Positions 37,241 through 49,064 of a stretch of 64,000 nt of DNA are shown here, one piece after another; the stretch's first letter is position 1, and each line of letters starts with the position of its first letter. Made by a program: the position numbers and the translations under genes. The DNA comes from Carcharhinus longimanus (Eukaryota): contig JASCQW010000027.1 of NCBI GenBank assembly GCA_030264375.1, forward strand, positions 58,021,028 to 58,085,027. Direction: 5' to 3'. The notes beneath the pieces were generated by a model. The model did no database searches, had not been told where the DNA came from, and saw only the letters and a program-made list of their open reading frames with translations.

Positions 37241-37400
37241 TGCATTGGGAGAGAGAAGTTGGAACCTTCGGCTGTATCTCTCCCAGTGTTGGCCAACTAA
37301 AGAACATTTTTAATTGCATACTGTCTTTCTGTCTTTTGCAAGTCTTTGTATTAGTTCAATACATGGAACCAGAGGGAAGTCCCCAGAAAACCCCCTGACA
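37241..37400 (+). repeat. ERV LTR R-U5 copy oriented opposite to the provirus
   Basis: Reverse complement of 30053-30219, with a 24-bp exact block (30075-30098 vs 37356-37379). Has an R hairpin CATTGGGAGAGA...TCTCTCCCAGTG and AACTAAA, and ends CCCCTGACA. Confidence 0.7.
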
Positions 37401-37668
37401 GGGTGGCACTGTGGTTAGCTCTGCTGCCTCAGAGTGCAAGGGACCCAAATTCAATTCAGTGTGTGGAGATTGCACATTCTCCTCGCGTCTGCATACGTTT
37501 CCTCCCATGTTCCAAAGATGTGCAGGTTAAATTGATTGGTCATGCTAAGTTGCCTCGAGCAGGGTAAATATGTGGGGTTAAGGAGATAGGGCCTGGGTGG
37601 GATTGTTGTCAGTGCAGGCCCATTGGGCCAAATCACCTCTTTCTGCACTGTAGGGATTCTATGATTCT
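37401..37668 (+). mobile_element. HE1-like SINE abutting the ERV end
   Basis: Consensus head, core and ATTCTATGATTCTA tail. Confidence 0.8.
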
Positions 37669-39039
37669 ACAAGTTTATAACACCTCTCAACAAAGATCAC
37701 CTAATATTACCTCAGTAATGTCACTGGCTTCCATCACCCACCTAAGCAGAGCTCATCTCCCACTGAAACCATTTTGACCTTCCAGACTTAATTAATCCAA
37801 AGATCTCCTGACTGTCCACCTTTTTCACCCTGAAAAAACTTGAGCACAGCTCTGTTGGCAGTACCCATCTCAAGTCCAACCTGTCCATACCTTTCTGGAC
37901 TTGCCTCTCAGCACTTTTAATGTCTTACGTTTCATTCTCACCATAAACAAACAGAAAATGTTGGAAATATTCAATAGGTCTGGTAGTATTCGTGAAGAGA
38001 GAAAACAGAGCTTACATTTCATGTAGTGAGTATTCACCTGAATTAGAACATGTTACAGATATGAGACATTTTAAGCAAGTACAAAGGCAGAAAAAAAGGG
38101 AGTGGGCAAGAAAGAACATAAGGAAAAGACTTTTATCAGATGGAAGGCAGCAATGATTTAACTGACAAAAAGGATAATAATGCCAGGCAAAAACCGGTGG
38201 TCATGGGACAAGTAAAGAAGCAAAAGATGTATGCAGCGTAGGTGTGAATGGCAACAGTCAGATCAAAATCTAAATCTGCAGTGCCAAAAGGAAATGGGAT
38301 CAGTGGACATGATATGAAATTGTTGAACTCAGTGTTGAGTCTGGAAATCTGTAAAGGGCTTAATTGAAAAATAATGTGCGACAGAATCTTCCAACCATTC
38401 AGGCCCTGTTGCCACTGCAAGCAAGGGCAGAGAATTTGGCACTCAGCCAAATCTCTGTTCACCACAATGGCACCAGAGAGTCCTGCTGGCATGAATGGTC
38501 AGAAAATTCAGACCATGCTACTTCCTGAGCTTCATTGGAAAGGTAGGAGGTAAGAATGGAGTGGGACAGTGAATTAAAATTTAAGCAACTGGAAACTCTG
38601 GTAGGGTCCATTAATGATCCAAATAGAAATGTTCAGCAACTATCATCCAATCTACTTTATTCTCTCCAGTATAGAGGAGGCCTCTTTGTTAGAAGTAAAT
38701 ACGGTCGAATAAATAAATAGAAATTCACATTATTTCTCCAATATTCCTGAAGAAACAGAGGAACGTCAAACTACACCCGCAGAAAAGCTTCTCCTAATCC
38801 TTCCCCTATGTCATTTGTGGGGTCATTAATATATCATTTTCATGGAAATAGTAATTGCATTGTGAGAAATGAATCCAAAGCGTTGATAGAGACAAAGGGA
38901 ATGGTGGAAGTGTTGGGGGTGTGGGGGGGAGGAGGTGTTGGAGGAAGGTTGTGATCAGGGACAGTGATATGTTGTCTGACATAACTTTGATGGAAAGATG
39001 TTTGGTATCTGGGGAGGTCAGAATAAATCATTATTCTTT

Positions 39040-39420
39040 GGCAATCCATCAAGGTGGAGGGTGACTTGCATTTACTCTGGGGAGGTGGGTTCTGTAATGG
39101 CTGACCAGCCCAATCCCAGAGCCGCAGACTCTGCCACAGGTTTGGCAGGTCGTGTTTGCTGAGGTGGGTGAGTGAGACATTCTGAACTCTGTAGTCTGTT
39201 TCCACTGTTTGGCCTCCGCGAGCTCCACCTGATGGTTCTTGAGGTGATTGGCAGTTTTATGGATGCTTCTTCTCCAGCTTTGCATTCTAAGGTAAGCAAT
39301 TCCCATGTGTCCATGGGGATGGTGCATTTATGGAGGGAAGTTTTCAGACTGCCCTTGTAGCATTTCCTCTGACCTTCCAGTGATCGCTTGTCTCTGCAGG
39401 GCTCGGAGCATTTGTTTCCA
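39040..39420 (-). mobile_element. RTE-clade LINE 3' fragment
   Basis: C-terminal C2H2 motif TTCQTCGRVCGSGIGLVSHYRTH; related pieces at ~47130-47340 and 48370-48620. Confidence 0.7.
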
Positions 39421-40939
39421 AGAGTAAATCATAGAGCACAGACAGAGGTTATTTGCCCCTTTGAAAAAGGCATCCAATTAATTTCACTTCCTCATTCTTC
39501 CCGTTTAGCCCTGTACACTTTTCCTCATCCAGTCCACGTTTTTACTGTCAGCACCATTTTTCTTGGCTTTCGATTATACTTCTATCAAAGTTAGAGCAAA
39601 TGAGGGGTCCTCCATGGAGACCTCTACGAAAACTCCCTGCCTAAAATCCAATGTCATGAATATGAATTGAACTCGTTTAGGCACCTTGAAGCAGCAATTT
39701 TGGATATTAGCCTTCACTCATGGCAGAATGTACAGTTATGCANNNNNNNNNNNNNNNNNNNNNNNNNNNNNNNNNNNNNNNNNNNNNNNNNNNNNNNNNN
39801 NNNNNNNNNNNNNNNNNNNNNNNNNNNNNNNNNNNNNNNNNNATGCATTATTTTACAAGTTGTGTATCTGTTATGAGGAGTTTGTCAGCTTTTCTGACCT
39901 TTGTAGGTTGCTACTGTTAAAAATACAACGTCAAAGCAGTGTATCTGTTTCATGGAGCTTGGATGAGTATGGTAAAGGAGTGATGGCACTCTTTGATCAG
40001 TTGTATTTGTACTAAGCCTGCTTAGTACAAATTTGCTTAATCCTGCAATGTTCTGTTGCATTATTAAAGCTCGGCTGCTTGTATTCCCTGCTTAAACCAA
40101 GGCTAGTGGAAGCAGATGCAAAATAGCTCGGCTGTTTATAGAGACAATGCTGAATGCCTCCCTGGTTGTGAAATTCTTTCCACTGGCTGTGTATTTATTT
40201 AGTTACTCTATTGTTGACACAGTCATTTCTCATAAAAACCTCCACACCCCAACCACAAGCCAACAAATGCTTCACTTAAACAAACATGTCTGATCTTGTC
40301 CTCATCCTTTGACTTGTCATTGTAGGGTTGTGAGTAGCTTTACATAACCTTGCCCTAGTATCTTCATCTTCTCCTTTGTGTCAAACGGTGTAGATCTAAC
40401 TTAACTCAATAACAAACAGCAAGTTGCATGGAATTTTACATGGAAGTGCCATATTAAAAGGGTTTGTAATATATATGGATCAAAAGAAACCTTATTATGC
40501 ATATCCTAGGTTGTCTTACCTCCTTGTGATAGCATTGCTTGTGCAAAAGAAAATCACATTTACTTGTCCTCAAATCTCGTAAATGCTATTATTAGTTATT
40601 ATTTAAAAGCACTGGCACAATTTAATTGTTTTAAATATATATTTGATTTTAAGAGAAAACATTTTGTTGTTTTAAAGCACAACATTGTTATTGTGTTACA
40701 AATGAGTACAACAGATTTTGCAGTAAAGTTAAAATAAAAATGTATTTGAGTCTGGCTACGAAAGGATTTTAAAACAAAACAAACAATCACTTTATCAGGA
40801 GGGAAACAGAAGGACATTGGAACATGGCTCTGCAGCTTAATCATGTACAATGTTTGCATACAAATTTATGATTTCAAAAATGTCAATTGATAGTAGTCCT
40901 GGAATTCAGTGCTTCTAATTACTGGTGATTATGTAGTTT

Positions 40940-42390
40940 CTAAGTAAAGAAGGAGTCTTGAACTAGACTGAGAAGCAAGAGTGATTGTGAAAAGAAAAAA
41001 TACCAGCTGGCAGGAAAAGAGAGATTACTTATATGATGATGGCATGGTTTGCAACATCAGTTAAAAGAAGGAGATAGTTATATTTCTAATAAAATAGAGG
41101 GAAATAGGGGGATGGATAGCAGGTTGGGAGGTAGATTTGACACCAGGGAGTGATCAGCCATGATCTGACCAAATGGGGGAGCAGGTTCAAAGGGTTGAAT
41201 TTGCCTACTTCTGTTCCTAATTGCTGTTACTAAGTCAGCAGTGGGACATGTAGGGCAGGATATTATGGTTTCACTTGTCCTGAAACCATAAAATACCCGC
41301 CAAGGTCATTGGACCTCTTCATGGTCCACCCCTCACTGCTCCAATTCCCATGGCGGGTGGGTCGGTAAAATTCCAGCTGTGAGGTTTTGATATGTATCAA
41401 TCTTTGCATCTAACATATTTGTGACAAAAATCATAAAGAGACAATTATCTTCATCTGTTAACTTGTGACACATTAGAAAACATACATAGGTTTGAAGGTG
41501 ACTGAAACATTGATGGTGAATCACAGGAGATCCTCCACTCATGCACCAGATTTTCCTGAGTGTTTTGCAGGTTCAGTGCTAATAGTTTGGGTGTTTCACA
41601 TTCACCAAAGGATTCCCTCACTACACCATTGTGTGCTCATTTTTTTGTCTATTTTACAGTATAATGGAAAAGATTCAGTGATGGATTTTGCAAAATTACC
41701 TTTTACTTACAGCTATTAGATCCCCAGAGGTAGCGTCTTGAGTAGTCTCTGATCAGCTGTTATGCACAGTGCCTGGTATTTAAATCCATCAACTGCAATG
41801 GAACTGAATATCAGGCACTGTGCATAACGGGCAACAAATATGACACCACTCATCTTGCATTAGCACCTGAAATGAATTTTGACCCACATAATTATTACAG
41901 CAGACTTAAGCTCTATGCATTAAACAATATTCCGTATGGTTACTCAATAGATTAGCCAAAAGTCTTAATAATTCTTAGTCCACTACATATGGTAGCCCAG
42001 AAGCTGGCAGAATTTGCTGTCCACTGAAGCTGACAGCACCTGGGAGTGCAGCAAAAATAATGAGGAAATGCAGAAATTGCAATTGATGATATGATTCTCC
42101 AGATGGTGTGCTGTTGAGGACACCCAGCTGGCAATATATGGGTATTCTGTGAACTGACGGAGACTTCCATTTTAACACTGTTGGTCTTGCTGTAAAAGTC
42201 CTTAGAAAAAGTTGCATGTTGTTGGGTGACATGTTATTTTATTAGAAATATGGCTATCTTCCTTTTTTAACTGATGTTGCAAGCCATGCTACCATCATAT
42301 GAGCATCTGTCTCTTCCCACCAGCTGTTATTTTCTCTCTCCATGATCACTCTTGCTTCTCCATCTAGTTTAAGACATTTTCTTTACTAGG
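40940..42390. repeat. Diverged ~155 bp inverted repeat pair (40940-41096 / 42235-42390)
   Basis: For example GCAACATCAGTTAAAAGAAGGAGATAGTTATATTTCTAATAAAATA vs TATTTTATTAGAAATATGGCTATCTTCCTTTTTTAACTGATGTTGC. Confidence 0.8.
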
Positions 42391-42579
42391 TTAACTGGGT
42401 TTTTAACTGCATATTAACTTCATAATTACTGCTGAACACTGTTTCACTTGGCCTGAAAGGCTGGTTGTGAAATGTTAAATTTCTCCATTATGATTTTTGT
42501 TAATTTTAGCCTCTATTTTAACCCAATTCTAATCGCATATTTCCCGATCCAGAATGTTTAATTAACAATGAAGGAATGC

Positions 42580-42945
42580 AGGGGAGGCAATGGCCTAGTG
42601 GTACTATTGCTAGACTATAAATCCAGCAACCCAGCTAATGTTCTGGGGACCTGAGTTTGAATCCCACTATGACATGGTGAAATTTGAATTCAGTTTTAAA
42701 AAAATCTAGAATAAAAATCTACTGATGACCATGAAGCCATTTGTGATTGTCGAAAAAACTCATCTGGTTCACTCAAGTCCTTCAGGGAAGGAAATCCGCT
42801 GTCCTTACCTAGTCTGGCCTACATATGACTCCAGAGCCACAGCAATGTGGTTGACTTTCAGATGGCCTAACAAGCCACTCCGTTCAAGGGCAATAGATGT
42901 CAGCAAGCCAGCAATGCCCATGTCCCATGAATGAATAAGAAAAAG
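42580..42945 (+). mobile_element. tRNA-derived SINE (second family)
   Basis: A box TGGCCTAGTGG, B box GTTTGAATCCC, LINE-shared tail ...CCCATGAATGAATAAGAAAAA. Confidence 0.7.
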
Positions 42946-44480
42946 TATTTTAACACCCTGGCTTTCTGTGTGTGAATGTGATTGCCTGCTGATATCGCTG
43001 CTGCAGCATCTGAGGAGGACTCTTTGAGTTATCAGGAAAGGGGAAAACTAGACCATGGAGACAGCTAGATCTTTGTCAGTAGCTTTCTTTGCAGTTGGTG
43101 GCAAGTGCTGTTGCTTTTTCCCTCCACCTAAAATTCTGGCCCATTTGGTCACCAACTAAATTTCTAAGCAAGAAAGAGAATCACTGCATTAATGAAGATA
43201 TTTATTTTACATTTAAAACTGGCTGTGCACCAAATTCATAAGCCATATTAGCTTGTCATAAGTGGGTTTTTTAAAATTCTTTTGACAGGATGTGGGCATC
43301 ACTAGCTAGGCCAGCATTTATTACCCATCCTTAGTTATCTTTCTTTCCAGCAAGAATATAGGGTGAATAAAGTGGACATTAGCTCAGATATCTGAACAGC
43401 TGGTTATTGATTGTAATTTCCTAAATTTGAATTTACAATTGTAGGAGAGTGAAGGAAGAAAATAACTCCTGAATGCCCTAGCTGTAGGGTCTGAGCTTGA
43501 GTTGGACAGCCTCAATTCTAATTAGTTTATCGCTAAGTTTTTCCACTAATGCTCTAAGTTCAGAATTAAATACATTAATGCAATAAAAACCTGTTTGTAA
43601 ACATGGTCATTCAACTAATCTTCCACTATTATACAAAATGGCTTTCATTTTGCAGTTTTTTTTTTAACATTCCCTGACCATGGATTGAAGTTTAGAAATG
43701 AAAGCCCCCAAGATCCATAATTAGTCAAGCTGTGCCCACTGGAATGATCCCAGCAGAGCTTCCAGTGACCAGACTTGTGTGCCCATCAAGCATTTAGAAC
43801 ATAGAACATAGAACACTACAGCACAAACAGGCCCTTCGGCCCACGAGTTGCGCCGATCACATCAACACNNNNNNNNNNNNNNNNNNNNNNNNNNNNNNNN
43901 NNNNNNNNNNNNNNNNNNNNNNNNNNNNNNNNNNNNNNNNNNNNNNNNNNNNNNNNNNNNNNNNNNNNCAAACATTCCTTGAATATCCGCCACCTTCCTT
44001 CGGTACTTTTCCCTAAGAACGCCTCCTTCCAGTTTATTTGTCCAATTATCTTCCTGATGTCTTCGTATTCGTATATAATGGGTGTACACTCTACTGAGAA
44101 GGCAGAAGCTGGAGATTACTGGGTACGTTTAGCTCCTGGACTGTCACATGCTTCAAGAATAACTTGATCATTATGATCTAGTTCAGTAATTTTGTGATAA
44201 TGCCTGTAGTTAGCAATAAGTTGTGTGTATTTTATAGTTGAATCAATTGTCAGCATGATTCAATGTAATTGTCAGTTCTCTACCAGGCTGGATTGAAAAA
44301 AAACTAAAATTCCAGGCTTTCCTTCTTTCATTGTAAATAATTCAAAAATAGAACTTAGATTGCGAAAATTCATCATTTACAGGCAGTGTGCCTATATAAT
44401 TAATTCTAATGTTGCAATAGTTAAAAACAACAACTTGTTTCTGTATAGCAACTTTAACTTAATAAAACATTTTGGGGTGG

Positions 44481-44739
44481 GGGGCACAATGGTACAGTGG
44501 TCAGCAATGCTGCTGCACAGCGCCAAGGACCCAGGTTCAATTCCAGCCTCAGGTGACTGTGTGGAGTTTGCACGTTCTGTCCTTATCTGCGTGGGTTTCC
44601 TCCGGGTGCTCTAGTTTCCTCCCACACTCCAAAATTGGTTGGCCAATTGGGGTTACAAGGATAAGGTCTGGGTGGGGTTGTTGGCAATGTAGGCTCGATG
44701 GGCCTAATGGCCTCTCTCTTCACTGTAGGGATTCTATGA
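44481..44739 (+). mobile_element. HE1-like SINE
   Basis: Matches the family consensus. Confidence 0.75.
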
Positions 44740-47700
44740 AAATATTTCACAGGAGCTTTATAAAGCAACATTTGACAATGAGCCATATGAGATGCTATAT
44801 GACAGATGATAAGCTTGGTCAAAGAAGTTGTTTTTAAGGAAGGTTGTAAAGAAGGCAAAATTGTCGACAGGTTTAGTGAGGGAATTCCAGAGCCTAGAGC
44901 TTAGGCAGCTGATGACACAATTCCCAATAGTAGAGCAATTAAAGTGGGGGATGATGCTAATGAAACCAGAATTTAGATCATCTTGAAGGGTTATGGCACT
45001 GGAGAAGATTACAGAGAAGGGGAGGAGTGAGGCCAGAGCAGGATTTGAAAACAAAGATGAGAATTTTAAAATTGAGGGAGTATTTATTGCCCATCCCTAA
45101 TTGCCCTTGAGAAGGTGCTGGTGAGCTACCTTCTTGAATCATTGCTGTGGGTTGACCTGCAATGCTGTTAGGGAGGGAATTCCAGGATTTTGACCCAGCG
45201 ACTGTGAAGGAACAGCGATGTATTTCCTTGTCAGGATGGTGAGTGGCTTGGAGGGGAACTTGCAGGTGGTGGTGTTCCCATGTATCTGTTACGTTTGTCC
45301 TTCTGGATGGGAGTGGTCATGGCTTTGAAAGGGGTTGTCAAAAGGTCTCTGGTGAATTGCTGCAGTGCATCTTGTAAATAGTACACACAGTATAAGACAT
45401 GAAGCTTTAAAAGCATGTCCCTTTTTCCAGCAATACTCCAGTCCTGTACTATCAAGCAATGATTTGTATGTACATTTAATCATATCTGCCATCTCCTGGC
45501 CATAATAGGGTAATTCCATCTGTTAATTTTAGAAAAATGAATGCTTTACTGTTTTGCATATGCTGACTTTTTGCTAGATTTATTGTTAGAAGGAATTACA
45601 TGTCTCCTTCACTTATTTAACAGATTCAAACATTTCTGGATTTGATTGCACTGTTTCTCATTATTTGGAGTTCTATTTGATAAGGATTGCTTGCCAATCA
45701 TTTAAAATTGCAAGGATCTGCCTAAAATCCTTTCTCAGGTGGAGAATTTTAATTAATAACTGTTCTCTGCTTCCTTTGGCCATTCATTTATTATGCAGCT
45801 CCTTTGCTGTTGATCTGCTCAACCACTCCTCCTTTAACCTTGATATTCTTTGTCTGCAATAAATCCCTTTGTCTCGCTCACTCACCCTGTTCATTAGCCA
45901 TGGCATGCTCAATTTTCCCTCAGTCCAAGACAATGGACACCATTCTGACTGTTGGCCCCAACTCCTCACCAACATTATCATGTCTTCCTGTACTAGCTCC
46001 ACAACCACCCAGCTCCCATGGCAACCTGCATTGCAAAGCATTGTCCTCAGTAGTCTGTCACTGTGATTTTCCCCCATAGGCTTTTCAACCTGGCAGCTGG
46101 TCAGCCTGCCAAACTGTCTGCTTGCTGGGTGGGAAACAGCGCAAAAGTGATAATCTTGCTGTAAAGTTCAGCAGGACCTCTGAATTCCTGATATTTTCAA
46201 GTACTCCACCAACTCATAACCGCCCTGCCCTCCCCGCTGCAGCCTGATGACATCCAACTCTGACCCTCCATTATCTTTCTCATTGCTTGCACTGCCTCTG
46301 GGTTAGTAACCTGTTTTTCCAACATCTAGTCTTGAATAAGCTACAGCTTTCTCCAGTTAAACATGGTCTTCAGCTGCCTCCCAATAAACTCCATTGTTTC
46401 TTAAGCAATTCAATTCCCCTCTCCAGTCACTGTTTTAGGTTGAAAGTGAGTATGGACAACCTTAGCTAGCTGTGTTTCAATCTGCACCCAATTCCAGATC
46501 ACCCATTAGCCTTGTATGTAATGACCTACATTGGCTTCTGATTTAAAGTTCTTATTCTCATGTTCATACTCCATGGAATCACTCCTCTTTATCCCAGTAA
46601 ATTCCTCCAGTCCTACAATCCTCTGATATCAGTGTCCATCAACTCTGACAAAACATTTGATCCACTGTTGATGGCTGTGCCTTCAGCTGCCTAGGCCTTG
46701 GGCTGTGCAGTTCTATACCTCTATTTTCGCTCATAAGAACGGGCACTAGCCATATAGCCCCTAAAGCCTGTTTGGCCACTTCATGAGATCGTGGCTGATC
46801 TGCAACCTAATGGCATATTATTATCTCTGCACCATCTCTCTTAATATCTCTGAAAAACTAAAATTCAGAATCAACAGTTATAGTTGATCAAGTTTACTTG
46901 AGAGGAGAGTTCCAAACCGCTATCATCCTTTTCATGTGGAAATGTTTTCTAATGCCTCCTGAAAGATCTGACACCAAGACTTGGATTTTTGCAGTCAGGA
47001 AGATTAAGCAGGTCTTTAAAAAAGATGTGCTGGACCCAGCTGTCAACTTTGTCGATTGAGATTTATATTAGGTTATTAGAATTTTATTTCATCTTCACAT
47101 GGCTCCTGAGGTTTGCCCGAGATGTATACTGAATGAGTATCGAAGCTCTGAGTAAAGCTTTTGGAGCCTCGTGTCAGGCATACTGATGTGGCCTGTCCAG
47201 TGGAGCTGATTGTACATGATGCCTGGAATATCAGCCTGAGTGAGAACATAGACTTTGATGTATCTATCCAGCCAATGGATTGGCAGAATCTTGCAGAGGC
47301 TGCATTTGTTGTACTTTTCCAGGGTTTTGAGGTGCCTGCAGTGCCTAATCTATACCACGTCTATTATCTGCCTTCAGTTCCAGGGGTTTTGACTTTTAGC
47401 TAACAGTCTCTCAAGAGGAAGTTTCTCAAATACCTTCAGCAAGTCCATATAAAGAAATTCCATAGACATTCCCTTGTCCACCACGTGAATCATCTCTTCA
47501 AAAAAAAACAATTTGCTTGGTCAGGCATGACCTACCCTTTTACAAATTCATGCTGGGTCTCTCTAATTTCTATTTTTTTTTACTTGAAACCTATCTATTT
47601 GACCTAGATTTTATTCATCTTATTTGGCTGGGCGCCAGTTTTTGTCTGATTATACTTGTGAGGTGCCTTGGGATTTTTCTTTCTATGTTAAATGTGCAAA

Positions 47701-48737
47701 ATAAATGCAAGCTTTTTTTAATGCAAGTTAATTATTTGTTTAGCATCATCAGTTAATTAGACACTCTAGTTAATTTTTGATGTGGAAGCTTGTCAAAAGG
47801 TTTATCAAATTCCAAGAACAATAGAGTACAACTTATCCCATATAAATTTACAGCATGTTCAATTAACAAAGAGCAATATCTTCTGGAAGTAGGGTTGAGT
47901 AAATAAAATTATTTTTCTTTGTCATTGAAATTAATTCCTTCTTGTTTCCTTTCTGCTTATTTATGCACTCATTGCTCTATACTTGTATGTATTTTCCCTT
48001 TTTAGAAAATATTTAGAATTGCAATTGTGTAGATTGTATGGTCTAGATGGTCATTTGATGTAACCACATTTTTTCATAATAGAAAGATGAATGGTTTTGA
48101 AATAATTTTAATTGCATTAAACTGGAGATCATGCATATCCATTAGTTGTGACAACGAGGTAAACAAACAAGGCTAAAGGATTTTCCATCTAGACAGTATC
48201 CATTACTGACACCAGAGGGCAGTTGATCTTTGAGCTAAGCAGTGATTGTCAGGTGGATTGGCAGCAATGTGGGGGCTATCCCACAGTCTAACTTGACCAC
48301 TTTCCTCATTTTGAAGGGGGTCAAGGTATTCAGGCAAAACTCCTACAAAATCAACTTTGATGGACAGCACATTGTGTCCAGATGGCTGAAAACTGTTGGT
48401 CTCCACTGCTCTTAAATGGTCACCATTCAGGGGAGGACAAAGAAAATGCTTCCAAGATGCTTTGAAGCTCCCCTCAAAAAGCAACAGCGTTGACATCAAT
48501 GACTGGGAGGAGCTTGCTAATAATTGTTCAGAATGCCAACATATTGTCCATCAGATTGCTTCATGCTTTGAATCCCAACATCTTAAAGATGAAGCAGAGT
48601 GGTGGCTGAGATGGGAAAAAAAAGGAAGCAAATCATACATCCTGCTCCATGTGCCCAAAGATTGGCCTGTTCAGTCGCATGAAGATTCACGGCAAAGACT
48701 CTCAACCAGGAAAAGACATCATCCAAGACATTGGTGG

Positions 48738-49064
48738 GTACTGAGGCACAGTGGTTAGCACTGTTGCCTCATAGTGCCAGGGACCCAGGTTCAATTCTAG
48801 CCTTGCATCACTGTCTGTGTGGAATCTGCACATTCTCCCCAAGTCTATGTGGGTTTCCGCCGGGTGCTCCAGTTTCCTTCCAAAGTCCAAAGGTGTGCAG
48901 GTTAGATTGATTGGCCATACTAAACTGACCCTTATTGTCAGGGGGATTAGCAGGATAAATACATGGGTCTTTTTGGGATCGGGGCCTTGGTGGGATTTTT
49001 GTTGGTGCAGGCTCGATGGGTCAAATGGCCTCCTTCTGCTCTATAAGGATTTGATGATTCTATG
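48738..49064 (+). mobile_element. HE1-like SINE
   Basis: Matches the family consensus. Confidence 0.8.

Larger units (their letters stand above)
30053..37400 (-). mobile_element. Decayed endogenous retrovirus (gag-pro-pol-[tRNA cassette]-env) with LTR remnants
   Basis: Colinear minus-strand motifs: MHR, two CCHC knuckles, DTG protease, RT, RNase H, integrase, env CWVC, immunosuppressive domain and CC; related R-U5 sequence at both ends. Confidence 0.95.

Noticed and set aside
37401-37418. GGTGGCACTGTGG after the LTR end, resembling a tRNA-Leu PBS
   Set aside because: Better explained as the HE1-like SINE head, which continues with the full consensus.
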